Source: an uncultured Acidimicrobiia bacterium (lineage in GTDB: Bacteria; Actinomycetota; Acidimicrobiia; Acidimicrobiales; AC-14). From it: 64,000 bases of DNA. Both the position numbers and the translations under genes were made by a program. The DNA lies in NCBI GenBank assembly GCA_963836205.1, contig CAWIIV010000006.1, positions 416,001 to 480,000 of the forward strand. Reading direction: 5' to 3'. Numbering within the stretch: position 1 is the stretch's first letter; the number at the start of each line of letters is the position of its first letter. A model generated the notes under the pieces. It was not told where the DNA came from and made no database searches. It saw nothing but the letters and a program-made list of their open reading frames with translations. Positions 44,586-54,853 of this stretch are shown piece by piece.

Positions 44586-47181
44586 GTGACCGACCCTGAC
44601 GACGACCGCGCCGCGGACACGACCGGCGAGGTCGGCGCCCCCGACGCGGTCGCGCCCGATCCCGCGGCCGCCCCCGGGGACGAGAAGCGGGCGGCGAACG
44701 GCGAGGCCGCGGCCGTCCCGGGCGGAGTCGCGCCGGAGGAGGACGTGGGGGCGGCGAACGTGGTCGAGTCGGTGGACGATCCGACGGGCGCCGCGGCCGA
44801 GGCCGAGTCGGCGGGCGAGGGCGGACTCGACGCCGCGGACGATACGACGAGGGACGAGGCCGCCCCCCTCCTGGACCGGGGCATGGTCGGGACGGGCGAC
44901 GACGGGGCGGCGGCCGACGAGGTCGAGTCGGTGGGCGAGGACGGGGCGGCGGTCGACGAGTCGCCAGGCGACGGGGCCGCAGTCGAGGTCGACGCCGTGG
45001 ACGACGGCGAGGTCGGGACGGGCGACGCCCAGGGCACGCCCGACGGGGTCGGGTCGGTGAACGATGACGAGGCCGACGAGTCGCCAGGCGACGGGACCGC
45101 AGTCGAGGTCAACGCCGTGGACGACGACGAGGTCGGGGCGACCGACGACGGCGCAGAGACTGACGGCGGGGCGTCCGACGGCGGGGCGTCCGACGGCGGG
45201 GCGTCCGACGGCGGGGCGTCCGACGGCGGGGCGTCCGACGGCGGGGCGTCCGACGGCGGGGCGTCCGACGGCGGGGCGTCCGACGGCGGGGCGTCCGACG
45301 GCGGGGCGTCCGACGGCGGGGCGTCCGACGGCGGGGCGTCCGACGGCGGGGCGTCCGACGGCGGGGCGTCCGACGGCGGGGCGTCCGACGACGGGGCGTC
45401 CGACGGCGGCTCGGTGGACGGCGACGATGACGCGGCGGCGGACGAAATCGACCCCCCCGAGGTGGGCGCCTCCGGCGGCGGCGGTGGCGGCCGGTTCGAC
45501 GACGAAGACGACGACAGTCGGGACCGGGCGGACTTCTCGGGGGTCACGGCGCTCCTGCGGCGGTGGGGTGCGCTCCCGCCGGCCCGGCCGAAGCCGGCGA
45601 TCCTCGTGCCCCGGCGGGAGCAGGTCCTCGTCCACGCCGGCGCCCCGAGCGACACCGACGTCGACGAAGCCCCTCCGCCGCCACCCGCGGCCCCGGAGGC
45701 CGACGACTACGACCAGGTCAACCTCTCGCCCCTGATCGAGTGGGCCAAGGGTCGCGATCCTGTCCGGTGGACCCTCGGGGCCATGGTGGTGGTGTGGTCG
45801 TTGGTCTTCATCACCCTCGGCTGGCGCCGCCACGCCCACTTCGGCACCTTCGGCTTCGACCTCGGGATCTACGACCAGGGCATCTGGCTGCTGTCCCGCT
45901 TCAAGGACCCGTTCGTCACCGTTCGCGGCCTCGACCTGTTCGGGCACCACATGAACGTCATCCTGTTGCTCTTCGCCCCCTTCTACTGGCTCGGCGCGGG
46001 ACCCCTCTTCCTGCTCGTGGCCCAGGTGGCGGCCCAGGCGTCGGGGGCCGTCGCCATCTTCCTCCTCGCCCGCGACCGGCTCAAGGCCCGGTGGCCGGCG
46101 GTGGCGCTGGCCAGCGTCATCCTCCTCCACCCGAGCTACCAGTTCTTCGTCTGGGAGTACTTCCATCCCGACGTCCTGGCCATCGCCCCCCTTCTCTTCG
46201 CCTACTGGGCCGCCCGGGCCAAACGGTGGAAGTGGTTCGCGGTGGCCGCGGTGCTGGCCGTGGCCTGCAAGGAGGACGTGGCCCTGGCCGTGATCATGCT
46301 CGGCATCGTGATCGCCATCCGGGGCGACCGCCGCATCGGGGCGTTCGTGGCGGCGGCGGCCACCGCCTGGTTCGTGGCCGCCACCCGGATCTTCATCCCC
46401 CACTTCAACGGGATCGGCCCGTTCTACGAATCCTTCTTCGGGGAGTTCGGGCGCAGCCCGACCGAGGTCGTCGGCCACGTCGTGACCCACCCCGGCCGCA
46501 CCTTCGACGTCGCCACCGAGCCCGATCGCCTGAACTACTACCGGATGCTGTTCGCGCCGGTGGCGTTCCTCCCCGTCTTCGCCCTCTCGACCCTGCTCGT
46601 CGGCCTGCCCATGCTCGGGGTCAACGTGCTGTCGACCTTCCCCTACCAGCGGGACAGCAAGTTCCACTGGACGGCCATGATCCTGGCCGCCATCGTGCTG
46701 GCGACGGTGGAGGCCATCGCCTACCTCGGTCGGACACCCGCGGCCCGGGCCTTCCTGGTGGGGCTGGTGGTGGCCACGTCGTTGGCGTCCACCGTGGCCT
46801 GGGGACCGTCGCCGCTGGGCGTGAAATACCACAACGGGTACTGGCCCTTCGGCCCCGACGCCCGACTGGCGGCCAAGGAGGCGGCGGCCGCCCTCGTCCC
46901 CGACGGAGCCGCCACCAGCGCCGTCTACATCTTCGTCCCCCATCTCGCCCACCGGGAGAAGATCTACGAGTTCCCCGTGCCGTGGCAGACGATCAACTGG
47001 GGCGTCGACGGCGAGAACCCGCACGACCCGGCCGGGGTGGAGTGGCTCGTCGTCGACCGCCAGATCCTGAGCGAGAGCCGACAAGACCCTGATCGGCGGG
47101 CTGCTCGAGCGGGAGTTCGTGGTCCGTTACGACAACAACGACATCATGGCGGCGGAGCGCGTCAACCCACCGGACGGCTGA
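44586..47181 (+). CDS. DUF2079 (GT-C-like) membrane protein with a very long acidic N-terminal extension (apparent frameshift near 47075)
   Basis: [12 protein letters not shown] and KED motifs; multiple TM helices. Confidence 0.8.
45162..45410 (+). repeat. 15-bp in-frame VNTR encoding (DGGAS)n
   Basis: gacggcggggcgtcc x15 plus one variant and a partial copy. Confidence 0.95.
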
Positions 47182-47322
47182 CCGGGACGAGAAAGCTCAT
47201 TGCTTTTCCCGGAACCCGGCGTACTGTCGGAGTCACCCGCCACGGGCTCCGACTCGGCGCCGCCGGGCTCGGAGCGGGCAGGAAGGCCCCCGAAGATCGT
47301 CAGCACCCGACCTGGGAGGCCT

Positions 47323-47624
47323 ATGGCCGTGTTCGGAATCGCTCCTTCGACTGGGACGAGGAGGGGTGGCGGGACCTGGCCGCCTGCCGGCACACCGACG
47401 TGGCCCTCTTCTTCCCGGCCGGGAGCACCGGGCGGGCGGCCGGGGAGGTCGTCTCGGCCAAGGCCGTCTGCCGGACGTGCCCGGTGCAGCCGGCGTGCCT
47501 GCGGTTCGCGCTCGAGACCAACCAGGAATCGGGCATCTGGGGCGGGAGGGGCGAGGAGGAGCGGCGCCGGTTGCGAAACGGGTCGCAGGCCAGCCGCTGG
47601 CCGGCCCGCCCCGCGCTCACCTGA
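47323..47624 (+). CDS. whiB: WhiB-family Fe-S transcriptional regulator (one base apparently missing near the start)
   Basis: AAC...LFFP...AKAVCRTCPV..CL..AL....GIWGG; GGAGG-ATG at 47323 is out of frame with the body. Confidence 0.85.
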
Positions 47625-47666
47625 CCCGCCCCCGCGCCGGCAGACGCAGACGGCAGACCGGCCCCG

Positions 47667-48440
47667 TCAGCTCTTGAACAGGCGGGAGCGCATGACCCCG
47701 GCCCGGTGCAGGCGGTAGCGGACCATGGTGGCCAGCGTCCCCAGGCCGTAGCGGATGTTGGCCCGCATCGAGGTCGACGATGCCTCGGGGAAGTACCGGG
47801 TGGTGATGGGGACCTCGACGATGCGCTGGCCGAAGGCGACCGCCTGGGCGATGACCTCGGTGTCGAAGACGAAGCTGTCGGAGTTGCGCATGAACGGCAC
47901 CGTCTCCAGGAACCGCCGGGAGTAGGCCCGGTAGCCGGTGTGGAGCTCGCTGTAGCCCGTCCCCAGCATCTTGTTCTCGATGGTGGTGAGGGCCTTGTTG
48001 GAGACGTAGCGGTACAGGGGCATCCCGCCGGCCCGGGCCCCGCCCGGCACCAGCATGCGGCTGCCGAGGACCAGGTCGGCCTCCCCCGCCGCCACCGGGG
48101 CCACCAGGTCGGGCAGGAGGGCGGGGTCGTACTGGCCGTCGGGGTGGAGCATGACGATCACCTCGGCCCCCAGCCGGAGGGCCTCCAGGTAGCAGGTCTT
48201 CTGGTTGCCGCCGTAGCCGACGTTGTGGGGCAGGCTGATGGTGCGGATCGGCAGGCTGGCGGCAACCTTGAGGGTGTCGTCGCGACTGCCGTCGTCGACC
48301 AGCAGGACCTCGTCGACCACGTTGGCGGGAATGGCGCCCCACGTCTCCACCAGGGTGCGGCCGGCGTTGTACGCGGGCATGACCACCAACACGTGGGGTC
48401 GGTCGCCGAGGGGGATGGAGTCGGTCGCCTCGCGGGTCAC
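47667..48440 (-). CDS. Glycosyltransferase family 2
   Basis: VMPAYNA, VDDGSRD, GYGGNQK and HPDGQY motifs. Confidence 0.9.
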   Translation of the reverse strand: MTREATDSIPLGDRPHVLVVMPAYNAGRTLVETWGAIPANVVDEVLLVDDGSRDDTLKVAASLPIRTISLPHNVGYGGNQKTCYLEALRLGAEVIVMLHPDGQYDPALLPDLVAPVAAGEADLVLGSRMLVPGGARAGGMPLYRYVSNKALTTIENKMLGTGYSELHTGYRAYSRRFLETVPFMRNSDSFVFDTEVIAQAVAFGQRIVEVPITTRYFPEASSTSMRANIRYGLGTLATMVRYRLHRAGVMRSRLFKS

Positions 48441-48495
48441 AGGGAGATGACCATCGGCTGGACGAACCGTCGCCGTCCAGCCACTCGGGTCGGGG

Positions 48496-49191
48496 TCACC
48501 GTAGCCGGACCGCGGGCGGGGCGCCCATCTCGTGGCGGACGCCGCCGGGGACGTCCTCCACGCTCGACTCCTGGCAGTCGCCGTCGTTGACGTGGCTGTG
48601 CCGGCGCTCGGGGACGACGCCGCCGTCGGCGGTGGGGATCCCGAACACCACCCGGGAGTGGGTGAGGTCGGAGCAGCGCACGAGGGCGCCGTAGTACTCG
48701 GTCCACATCACCGACCACCGGCCGAGCCCGGTGACCTGCTCTTTCACCCGGATGCGGCCGATGAGGCGGGTGACGCCGGCCTCGACGTCGGTGACCGTTG
48801 CGGCCCACCATCCGGGCTCGTCGGTCGACACCCGGAGCCGGTAGGCCCGGCCGGGCACCCACGGGTAGGAGATGCGGCAGCTCCACCCGGTGCCCTCGCC
48901 GCCGAACGTCTGGGCGTGCTCGCCCTCGGCGCCGATCGCGTCCCAGATGGAGAAGATGGCGATGCGATCGAGGTGGCGGGGGTCGAGGTTGCCCCACGTC
49001 TGGAGGCCCAGGTAGCCGCCGTCGCCGCCCTCCAGCCGGAACTGGTGGGCCCAGTACCAGGGGGTGCGAGGGCCGGGATCGACCTCGGGGATGAGGACGT
49101 GCTCGAAGCTGCGGTAGCCGCCGCGGGCGCTCCGGGGCGGCGGGGGCCAGAACCACTCGGTGTAGGTGCCCCGGGGACGGAGGTGGCTCAG
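48496..49191 (-). CDS. DUF3472-like protein (probable CTG start)
   Basis: Frame stays open upstream of the tracked ORF: YWAHQF, GGYLGLQT, AIFSIWD, FGGEGTGWSCR. Confidence 0.65.
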   Translation of the reverse strand: MSHLRPRGTYTEWFWPPPPRSARGGYRSFEHVLIPEVDPGPRTPWYWAHQFRLEGGDGGYLGLQTWGNLDPRHLDRIAIFSIWDAIGAEGEHAQTFGGEGTGWSCRISYPWVPGRAYRLRVSTDEPGWWAATVTDVEAGVTRLIGRIRVKEQVTGLGRWSVMWTEYYGALVRCSDLTHSRVVFGIPTADGGVVPERRHSHVNDGDCQESSVEDVPGGVRHEMGAPPAVRLR

Positions 49192-49201
49192 CCCGACCCG
49201 A

Positions 49202-49840
49202 TCACGTGGCGGTCTCGATCTGGGCCCGGAGCTGCAGCTTCACCAGGATGTTGGCGACGTGGTTGCGCACCGTGTTCTCCGACATCCCCATGCGCTCGGC
49301 CACGTCGTGGTTGCCGAGGCCGAGGGCGACCATCTTGAGGATCTCGACCTCCCGCTCGGACAGGCGCGGTCCGGCGCCGATCACCGCCTCCTTGAGGGTG
49401 CCGATCTGGCCCTCGAACTCGTTGAGCAGCTTCGACGCCAGCGACGGCGAGATCAGGCTCTGGCCCTCGTAGACGGCCCGCACCGCGTCGGCCACCTCTT
49501 CGATGGAGACCTCTTTCAACAGGTAGCCGTTGGCCCCCGCCTTGACCGCCCCGTAGAGGTCGTCCTCCTCGTCGCTGACGGTGAGGACGATGATCCGCGT
49601 CGTCGGGAACAGCTGGCGGATGATGCGGGTGGCGTCGATGCCGCCCATCCGGGGCATGCGCACGTCCATGAGCACCACGTCGGGGGCCAGCTCCTCGACC
49701 CGGGCCACGGCCTGCTCACCGTCGGCCGCCTCGGCCACGACCACGATGTCCTCTTCCGCCTCCAGGACCATGCGCAGGCCCTTGCGGAACAGGTCGTGGT
49801 CGTCGCAGACCAGCACCCGGATGGGCTCACCGCCTGTCAT
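49202..49840 (-). CDS. NarL/LuxR-family response regulator
   Basis: DDH and LMDVRMP receiver motifs; LSEREVEIL...TVRNHV HTH. Confidence 0.92.
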   Translation of the reverse strand: MTGGEPIRVLVCDDHDLFRKGLRMVLEAEEDIVVVAEAADGEQAVARVEELAPDVVLMDVRMPRMGGIDATRIIRQLFPTTRIIVLTVSDEEDDLYGAVKAGANGYLLKEVSIEEVADAVRAVYEGQSLISPSLASKLLNEFEGQIGTLKEAVIGAGPRLSEREVEILKMVALGLGNHDVAERMGMSENTVRNHVANILVKLQLRAQIETAT

Positions 49841-49856
49841 CGGTCAGCGAACCCGC

Positions 49857-50417
49857 TTAGTTCGCATCGATCAGTCCGACGTCGCCGTCGTTGCGGCGGT
49901 AGACCACGGCAGCCACACCGGTGTCGGCGTTGGTGAAGAAGTAGAAGTCGTGACCCAGCATGTCCATGTGCAGCGCCGCTTCCTCGGGGGTCATGGGCTT
50001 GATGTCGAACCGCTTGGTCTTGACGATCCTGGACTCGTTGGAGGGGGATTCGACCGCTTCGTCGACGACGGGCGGAAGCTCCTGGTGCCCCGAGTCTACC
50101 GGCCGCCGGGGATGCGACCGGCTCTGGAGGCGCGACTTGAGCTTCTCCATCTGGTGCTCGAGCTTGTCGATGACCCGGTCGACCGAGGCGAAGGCGTCGG
50201 AGGAGGCGGCCTTGGCCCGGATGACGTGGCCGTGGCCCCAGACGGTGACCTCGCAGACCTCCTTGGCCGAGATGCGGGGGTTCTTCTCCTCCGAGAAGTG
50301 GACCTCGGCGTGCTCCCAGCCGTCGAGATGGCGGCTGAGCCGGGAGATCTTCTCCTGGGCGGTGGAACGCAAGCCGTCGGAAACCTCGACGTTGCGTCCT
50401 CGAATCGTCACGTCCAT
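49857..50417 (-). CDS. hpf: Ribosome hibernation promoting factor (long HPF)
   Basis: IRGRNVEVS, KPMTPEEA and VVYRRNDG motifs; AAGGAG RBS. Confidence 0.92.
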   Translation of the reverse strand: MDVTIRGRNVEVSDGLRSTAQEKISRLSRHLDGWEHAEVHFSEEKNPRISAKEVCEVTVWGHGHVIRAKAASSDAFASVDRVIDKLEHQMEKLKSRLQSRSHPRRPVDSGHQELPPVVDEAVESPSNESRIVKTKRFDIKPMTPEEAALHMDMLGHDFYFFTNADTGVAAVVYRRNDGDVGLIDAN

Positions 50418-50667
50418 TGTCGTGCTCCTTGGGTTCAGGGCCCTTGCCGAAGGGGTGTGGCCGTGTGCGGCTGACCTGGTCTTTGCCCCCACACTCGCCT
50501 GCTGGAGAGCTCACGGGTTCCGGAGGTGGCGGCCGTCCAATCTGCGACGACCCGGCACCGCCTGTGGGACCCGTTTTCCTCCCTCTCCCGCCGGCGCCCG
50601 CCAATCGGGCGCCTGCGAGGCAGGGCTTACTCCTAAGCCGCACCATGCTCAGCAACCACGGGTTGCC

Positions 50668-51342
50668 TTACGTGGGTCGTTTCGCCTGCGACTGGCCTCG
50701 ACTTTCAACCACAGACCCGCACACGGCCACACACCCGGAGTGTAGGCCCGACCCCGGGGGGCGCCGACGGGGTGGGGTGCGGGCGGCCGCCACCACGTGG
50801 ACTTCGGCCGCGCCGGCGGCCCGGAGGGTGCGGGCGGCGGCGGCCACGGTGGCCCCGCTGGTGACGACATCGTCGACGAGGAGGACCCGGGTGGGCGCCG
50901 GGCGGGCGGGGTGGAACACGGGACCGACCCGCCGGGCGTCGAGGGGTTGACCGGTCTGGGCCGCGCCCGGCGGGCGGAGGAGGAGCGGCCGGCAGGGGAC
51001 GCGGAGGCGACGGGCGAGGGCCCGGGCGAGCAACTCGGCCTGGTCGAACCCCCGCTGCCGTCGGCGGGCGGTGGTGGTGGGCGCCCACGTGACGGCGTCG
51101 ACCTCTTGGCTCACGAGAGCGGCCAGCCGGTCGGCCAGGAACGGGAGCGACGAGCGGGCGTTGCGGTACTTGAGCCGGGCGACCAGCTCGCGGCCCGCAC
51201 CCTCGTAGGCGAGCAGGGCGTGGCACGAGTCGACACCCGCCGGAGGCGGGAGCGCCGGCGCCCGCCGGAGCTCGGCCGCGCACCCCGGGCACGGCGCCGC
51301 CCCGAGGGCGCCACACACGGGACAGCTCCGGGGCAGGAACAC
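50668..51342 (-). CDS. comF: ComF-family phosphoribosyltransferase-like protein
   Basis: CPVC..CPGC, RGFDQAELLA and LLVDDVVTSGAT motifs; comF-hpf synteny. Confidence 0.88.
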   Translation of the reverse strand: MFLPRSCPVCGALGAAPCPGCAAELRRAPALPPPAGVDSCHALLAYEGAGRELVARLKYRNARSSLPFLADRLAALVSQEVDAVTWAPTTTARRRQRGFDQAELLARALARRLRVPCRPLLLRPPGAAQTGQPLDARRVGPVFHPARPAPTRVLLVDDVVTSGATVAAAARTLRAAGAAEVHVVAAARTPPRRRPPGSGLHSGCVAVCGSVVESRGQSQAKRPT

Positions 51343-51350
51343 GTCGCCGA

Positions 51351-51372
51351 AGGATACGAAGGGGGTGGGACA
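51351..51372 (-). promoter_or_regulatory. PafBC/RecA-NDp-type promoter of comF
   Basis: TGTCCC-acccccttcg-TATCCT, with the same 10-nt spacer as the recA element. Confidence 0.65.
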
Positions 51373-51381
51373 GCGGAGATT

Positions 51382-51440
51382 CGCCGGTTGGTTGTGCAGT
51401 TATGTGGGATATACCGACATAACTGCACACTGAACCGGCG
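51382..51440. repeat. Dispersed palindromic (REP-like) element, copy 2
   Basis: Arms tgtgcagttatgt / acataactgcaca plus outer arms cgccggtt / aaccggcg. Confidence 0.85.
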
Positions 51441-52230
51441 CCCGCCTCGCGAGGGTGCAGAGGATAGGGAGCGGGTCGGACACTTCCCCGGTCGGGTGTC
51501 CAGTTGCGCTGGATTCGGCCCGTCGCTCAGTGACGGACGGCTGAGCGGTACTCGCAGAAGGTCCTCCTGGAAATGGCGTTCACCCACCTGGACCACAGTG
51601 CGGGATCGGGACGACGCCCGACATAGCGTTGTCTCTGATGTCGACCATCCGCCCTCCGGCCGCGGGATGGGTCCGGAACGAAACACCGCCGAGCCGATCC
51701 GGCTGCAGCCGTCGCGGACGGGGTCGGCCAGGCGAAAGGACGACCGTCACCTCAGTCGCCTTCCGAACCCCATGGCCCATCGGGCGGCCAGCAAACGATC
51801 GACACCGGAGAGGTCCAACGTGCGGGGAGGCTCGCCTGTTGTCGCATGATCTGCCGCGCACCACCGTCAGATCGGATCGGCATCCCCCTGGTATGGGGGC
51901 CACAACGATCCGGGGCGTCCGGTGCGCGGACGGCGGACCCCAATCGTGCTCGATCCGGAGCATGAGACTCAAGCGGCGTGGCCGCGCAGCCGACAACAGG
52001 CGCGTGAAGGCGTGCTCGTGCTCGGCCGCTCCGTCGTGCAGGCGCCAGAACCGGGCCGTAGAGTCCGGGAGTACGTGCTCCCACGATCAGATAGCGTTGC
52101 CGTCAGCGTCGAACGAGGGTGGACAGGTAGCGTCCGGCGCGGAGTGGGTAGGTGTTGGTCTGCCACATCCGCGGCGAGGCAGGTATGGGGTGCGTCTAAG
52201 TCGAGCGGCACGGGGGAGTTCTTCCAGTTC

Positions 52231-53560
52231 ATGGGCTTGCGGACGGCGGTCGACTTTCGCATCAACTCCCTCGGGGTCGCCCTCGATACAACGACGATCC
52301 AAAATCGCCCGGTCGAGATCGTCATCCAGGGGACCGGGCTTTGGGTCAAGCGGGCGATCCAGCCCGACCTGCGGCAGCTCCATGACGACCTCAAACGGCG
52401 CGTGCCAAACTCGGGGGGACTGTACGTCTCCTATATCGGCCTTGAGCGGGACCCGGTCATCGAGATCGACGATTCCTTTGAGACGTACTACTGCCGAGAC
52501 GACAGTGAGGCTATCGAAGAAGTTGCTGCCGCGCAGATTTGACCTGGTCATCATCGCGACGCCCGCTGACGCTCATATTGACGACGTTCGCCGCTGGCTT
52601 CGCCATGACGGCCGGCCAAAGGCCATTCTGGTGGAGAAACCTTTCTCGGACGAGTTATACGAGCTGGATGCCCTTGTGAAGGAAATTGCGGCAACCGAGC
52701 GCGATGGACGGTCGGATCCACCAGTCCTCGGAATTGACCATTACAGTCTGTACTTCGCGGAGCATGCCCAACAACTCGCCGCTATCGATCAGTTCTTGCC
52801 CGGACTGACCTCAGTAATGTTCTCGATGCTGGAGCAGCGTCCAATCGAGCATGACCGACTTCGTTCCGTAAGGTCAGGCATGGCGTTCGAGATGGCATCA
52901 CACTTCTTCGGCATCCTGTCACTTTTCACCAACCTCAAGACTAATACGGACGTCGCGATACATTACTCGGGCCGGCATGAGTTCACACCTTTCCTGGAAC
53001 TGCACAGCCGCCGGTATTTCGCTGAAACAACCGTAGAACTAAGTCTAACGGTCCGGCTATGGAATGAGAACCGAAATATCGCGGCATATTCGCGAGTGGG
53101 AAAGGCATGCGCGATAGACGCCAAGTTCGTAGAGTTTAGTGACGACGGTGACCGCGTCGTTCGGCTCGATTTTTCACCGCCCTCCCCCGGTCATGATTCT
53201 TATCCTTATGGCGGCGTTTTGTTCGCGGAGAGAAGTCCGACCGAGCTTGAGGGCTCATTCGGCGATCCGTTTGATCCTGACACGTTCTTTCGAACTGTAA
53301 CAGCATTTCCTAACGCCACTTCGGAGAGACCGTGGAAGCGGCACGGCTTGTTCGTAGAGCCAATTGTTACGGGCGACTTTAGCACTTATGACTTCCTCTT
53401 GACAATCGACGAGTCCCGAACGATACTGCTTCTCCTAGAGGAGATTCGGGAATCCATTCTCCAATTGACTGAACATGAGCCGGGCCAGCAGAATTGGGAG
53501 CGAGCTTGGCCCACGCGTCCGACACGACTGCCAACGGAGGGCGACAGAGATGCCGGTTGA
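52231..53560 (+). CDS. Divergent G6PD/Gfo-Idh-MocA-like dehydrogenase (frameshift near 52530)
   Basis: IVIQGTG Rossmann start, then in another frame DLVIIATP, LVEKPF, GIDHY, EMASH and VGK. Confidence 0.65.
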
Positions 53561-54272
53561 ATCGACCTACACAGCTCGTTCCGATGCACTGACTCTCCTC
53601 GACTATTTTCCCGATCAAAGAGTCGAAGCACGCGAACTTGCAACGCTTGCCGATTATTTGCGGTCTCGGTGTGCCACTCCGATATCAGCAGCGATAGTAG
53701 GGGTGTACACTCCTCTAGCCGTTCAGCTCTCGGAGGAAGTGATTTCCGCTTCCCTGCTCCGGTCGGGTGACTCGTTGACCTTGGTTGGCGGTGCGGGACG
53801 CACCGAAGAGAACGGTGCGATCTTTCCATTTGGCGGATTGCTGGATAAAGGAAATAGGGGTGCAATTCACGTTCGCTCCGTGGATTGGAACGACGAGGTT
53901 CACCGAATGCGACTGAGTACACGAACCTTCGATATCGTCTTGTACGCTGCTCACTCGGTAGAAGAGGCGTCGGTCTACCGCGTCCTTTCTCGACATGCCA
54001 GCCTGTCATTGGTTCGTTTGCCAGACCCGATCGGTACGGCTTTTGAGGCAATCGCGAAGGAGTCCACACCCGTCATGGGCCCAACGTTTGCAAAGGCGCT
54101 GTTCGAGAACCATTGCATACCGCTTCTGACGACCGGCACAAAGAAGAGCGTCAAGGATTTTGTTCGGCACGCCGAAACCTGTCGCGCACACAAGCACGGT
54201 CCGTGCGCTGTCGATTGTCCCGCCTTTTCGTCACGCGATATCCTTAGGGAGCTCGCGGCGAAGCACCCGTAG
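53550..54272 (+). CDS. Hypothetical protein with C-terminal Cys/His cluster
   Basis: GGAGG RBS, start overlaps the upstream stop; HAETCRAHKHGPCAVDCP. Confidence 0.65.
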   Translation: MPVESTYTARSDALTLLDYFPDQRVEARELATLADYLRSRCATPISAAIVGVYTPLAVQLSEEVISASLLRSGDSLTLVGGAGRTEENGAIFPFGGLLDKGNRGAIHVRSVDWNDEVHRMRLSTRTFDIVLYAAHSVEEASVYRVLSRHASLSLVRLPDPIGTAFEAIAKESTPVMGPTFAKALFENHCIPLLTTGTKKSVKDFVRHAETCRAHKHGPCAVDCPAFSSRDILRELAAKHP

Positions 54273-54853
54273 TCTGGGTTCTTGATACCGGGGGCTTGCC
54301 GAGCGTTCGCCCAATTTGTGTCGCACCTCCGTCGATAAGTGATGGATCGTTTATAGGGAGCGGTTGGTCCTTCGGCCAACAACGGCGTCAACGAGCCCAC
54401 CGACTGCCAAAAGGACGGCCGGGAGGACCGCCAAGGCACGCCACCCCGCGACTATCCCGACGACCACTGCGGCAATGAGGGCGATGCTGGACGACCGCCG
54501 CCCTCCAGACCGGCTGGTGCGTCGGCCTGTCTGGACTCGTCGCTATTCCCCCTGCGGTCTTGCCTGCGGTCTCTTCCAAGCCGTTGCTGCCCTCGGGGAA
54601 CTCGGCCTGCGTTGCATCCCCTTCACATTCAGCATCAAACGGAGTCCGCTCGGGGCGGGCGGTCACTTGGGGGCCCATACCTTGCGCTTCGGACCACAAG
54701 TCTCGTCGGGCATGCGGCGACTCTACCGCGGTTCGAATGATCTGACAAGATCGCCGTCGTTGGAATATTGTTGCGCCTTGGTGTCGAAGTATCATGGTAT
54801 GAAGGCCATGAATATTTCGCCAACAGGGTTGGGATTCATGCTATGCTCCAGAC

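Noticed and set aside
44538-47624. 1028-aa DUF2079-WhiB fusion in the ORF track
   Set aside because: Explained by an apparent frameshift near 47075; DUF2079 has its own ending at 47181 and whiB has its own GGAGG-ATG at 47323
54350-54800. Possible small minus-strand membrane protein (SIALIAAVVVGIVAGWRALAVLPAVLLAVGG) in the island
   Set aside because: The hydrophobic segment has no in-frame start and needs an assumed frameshift; support is too weak
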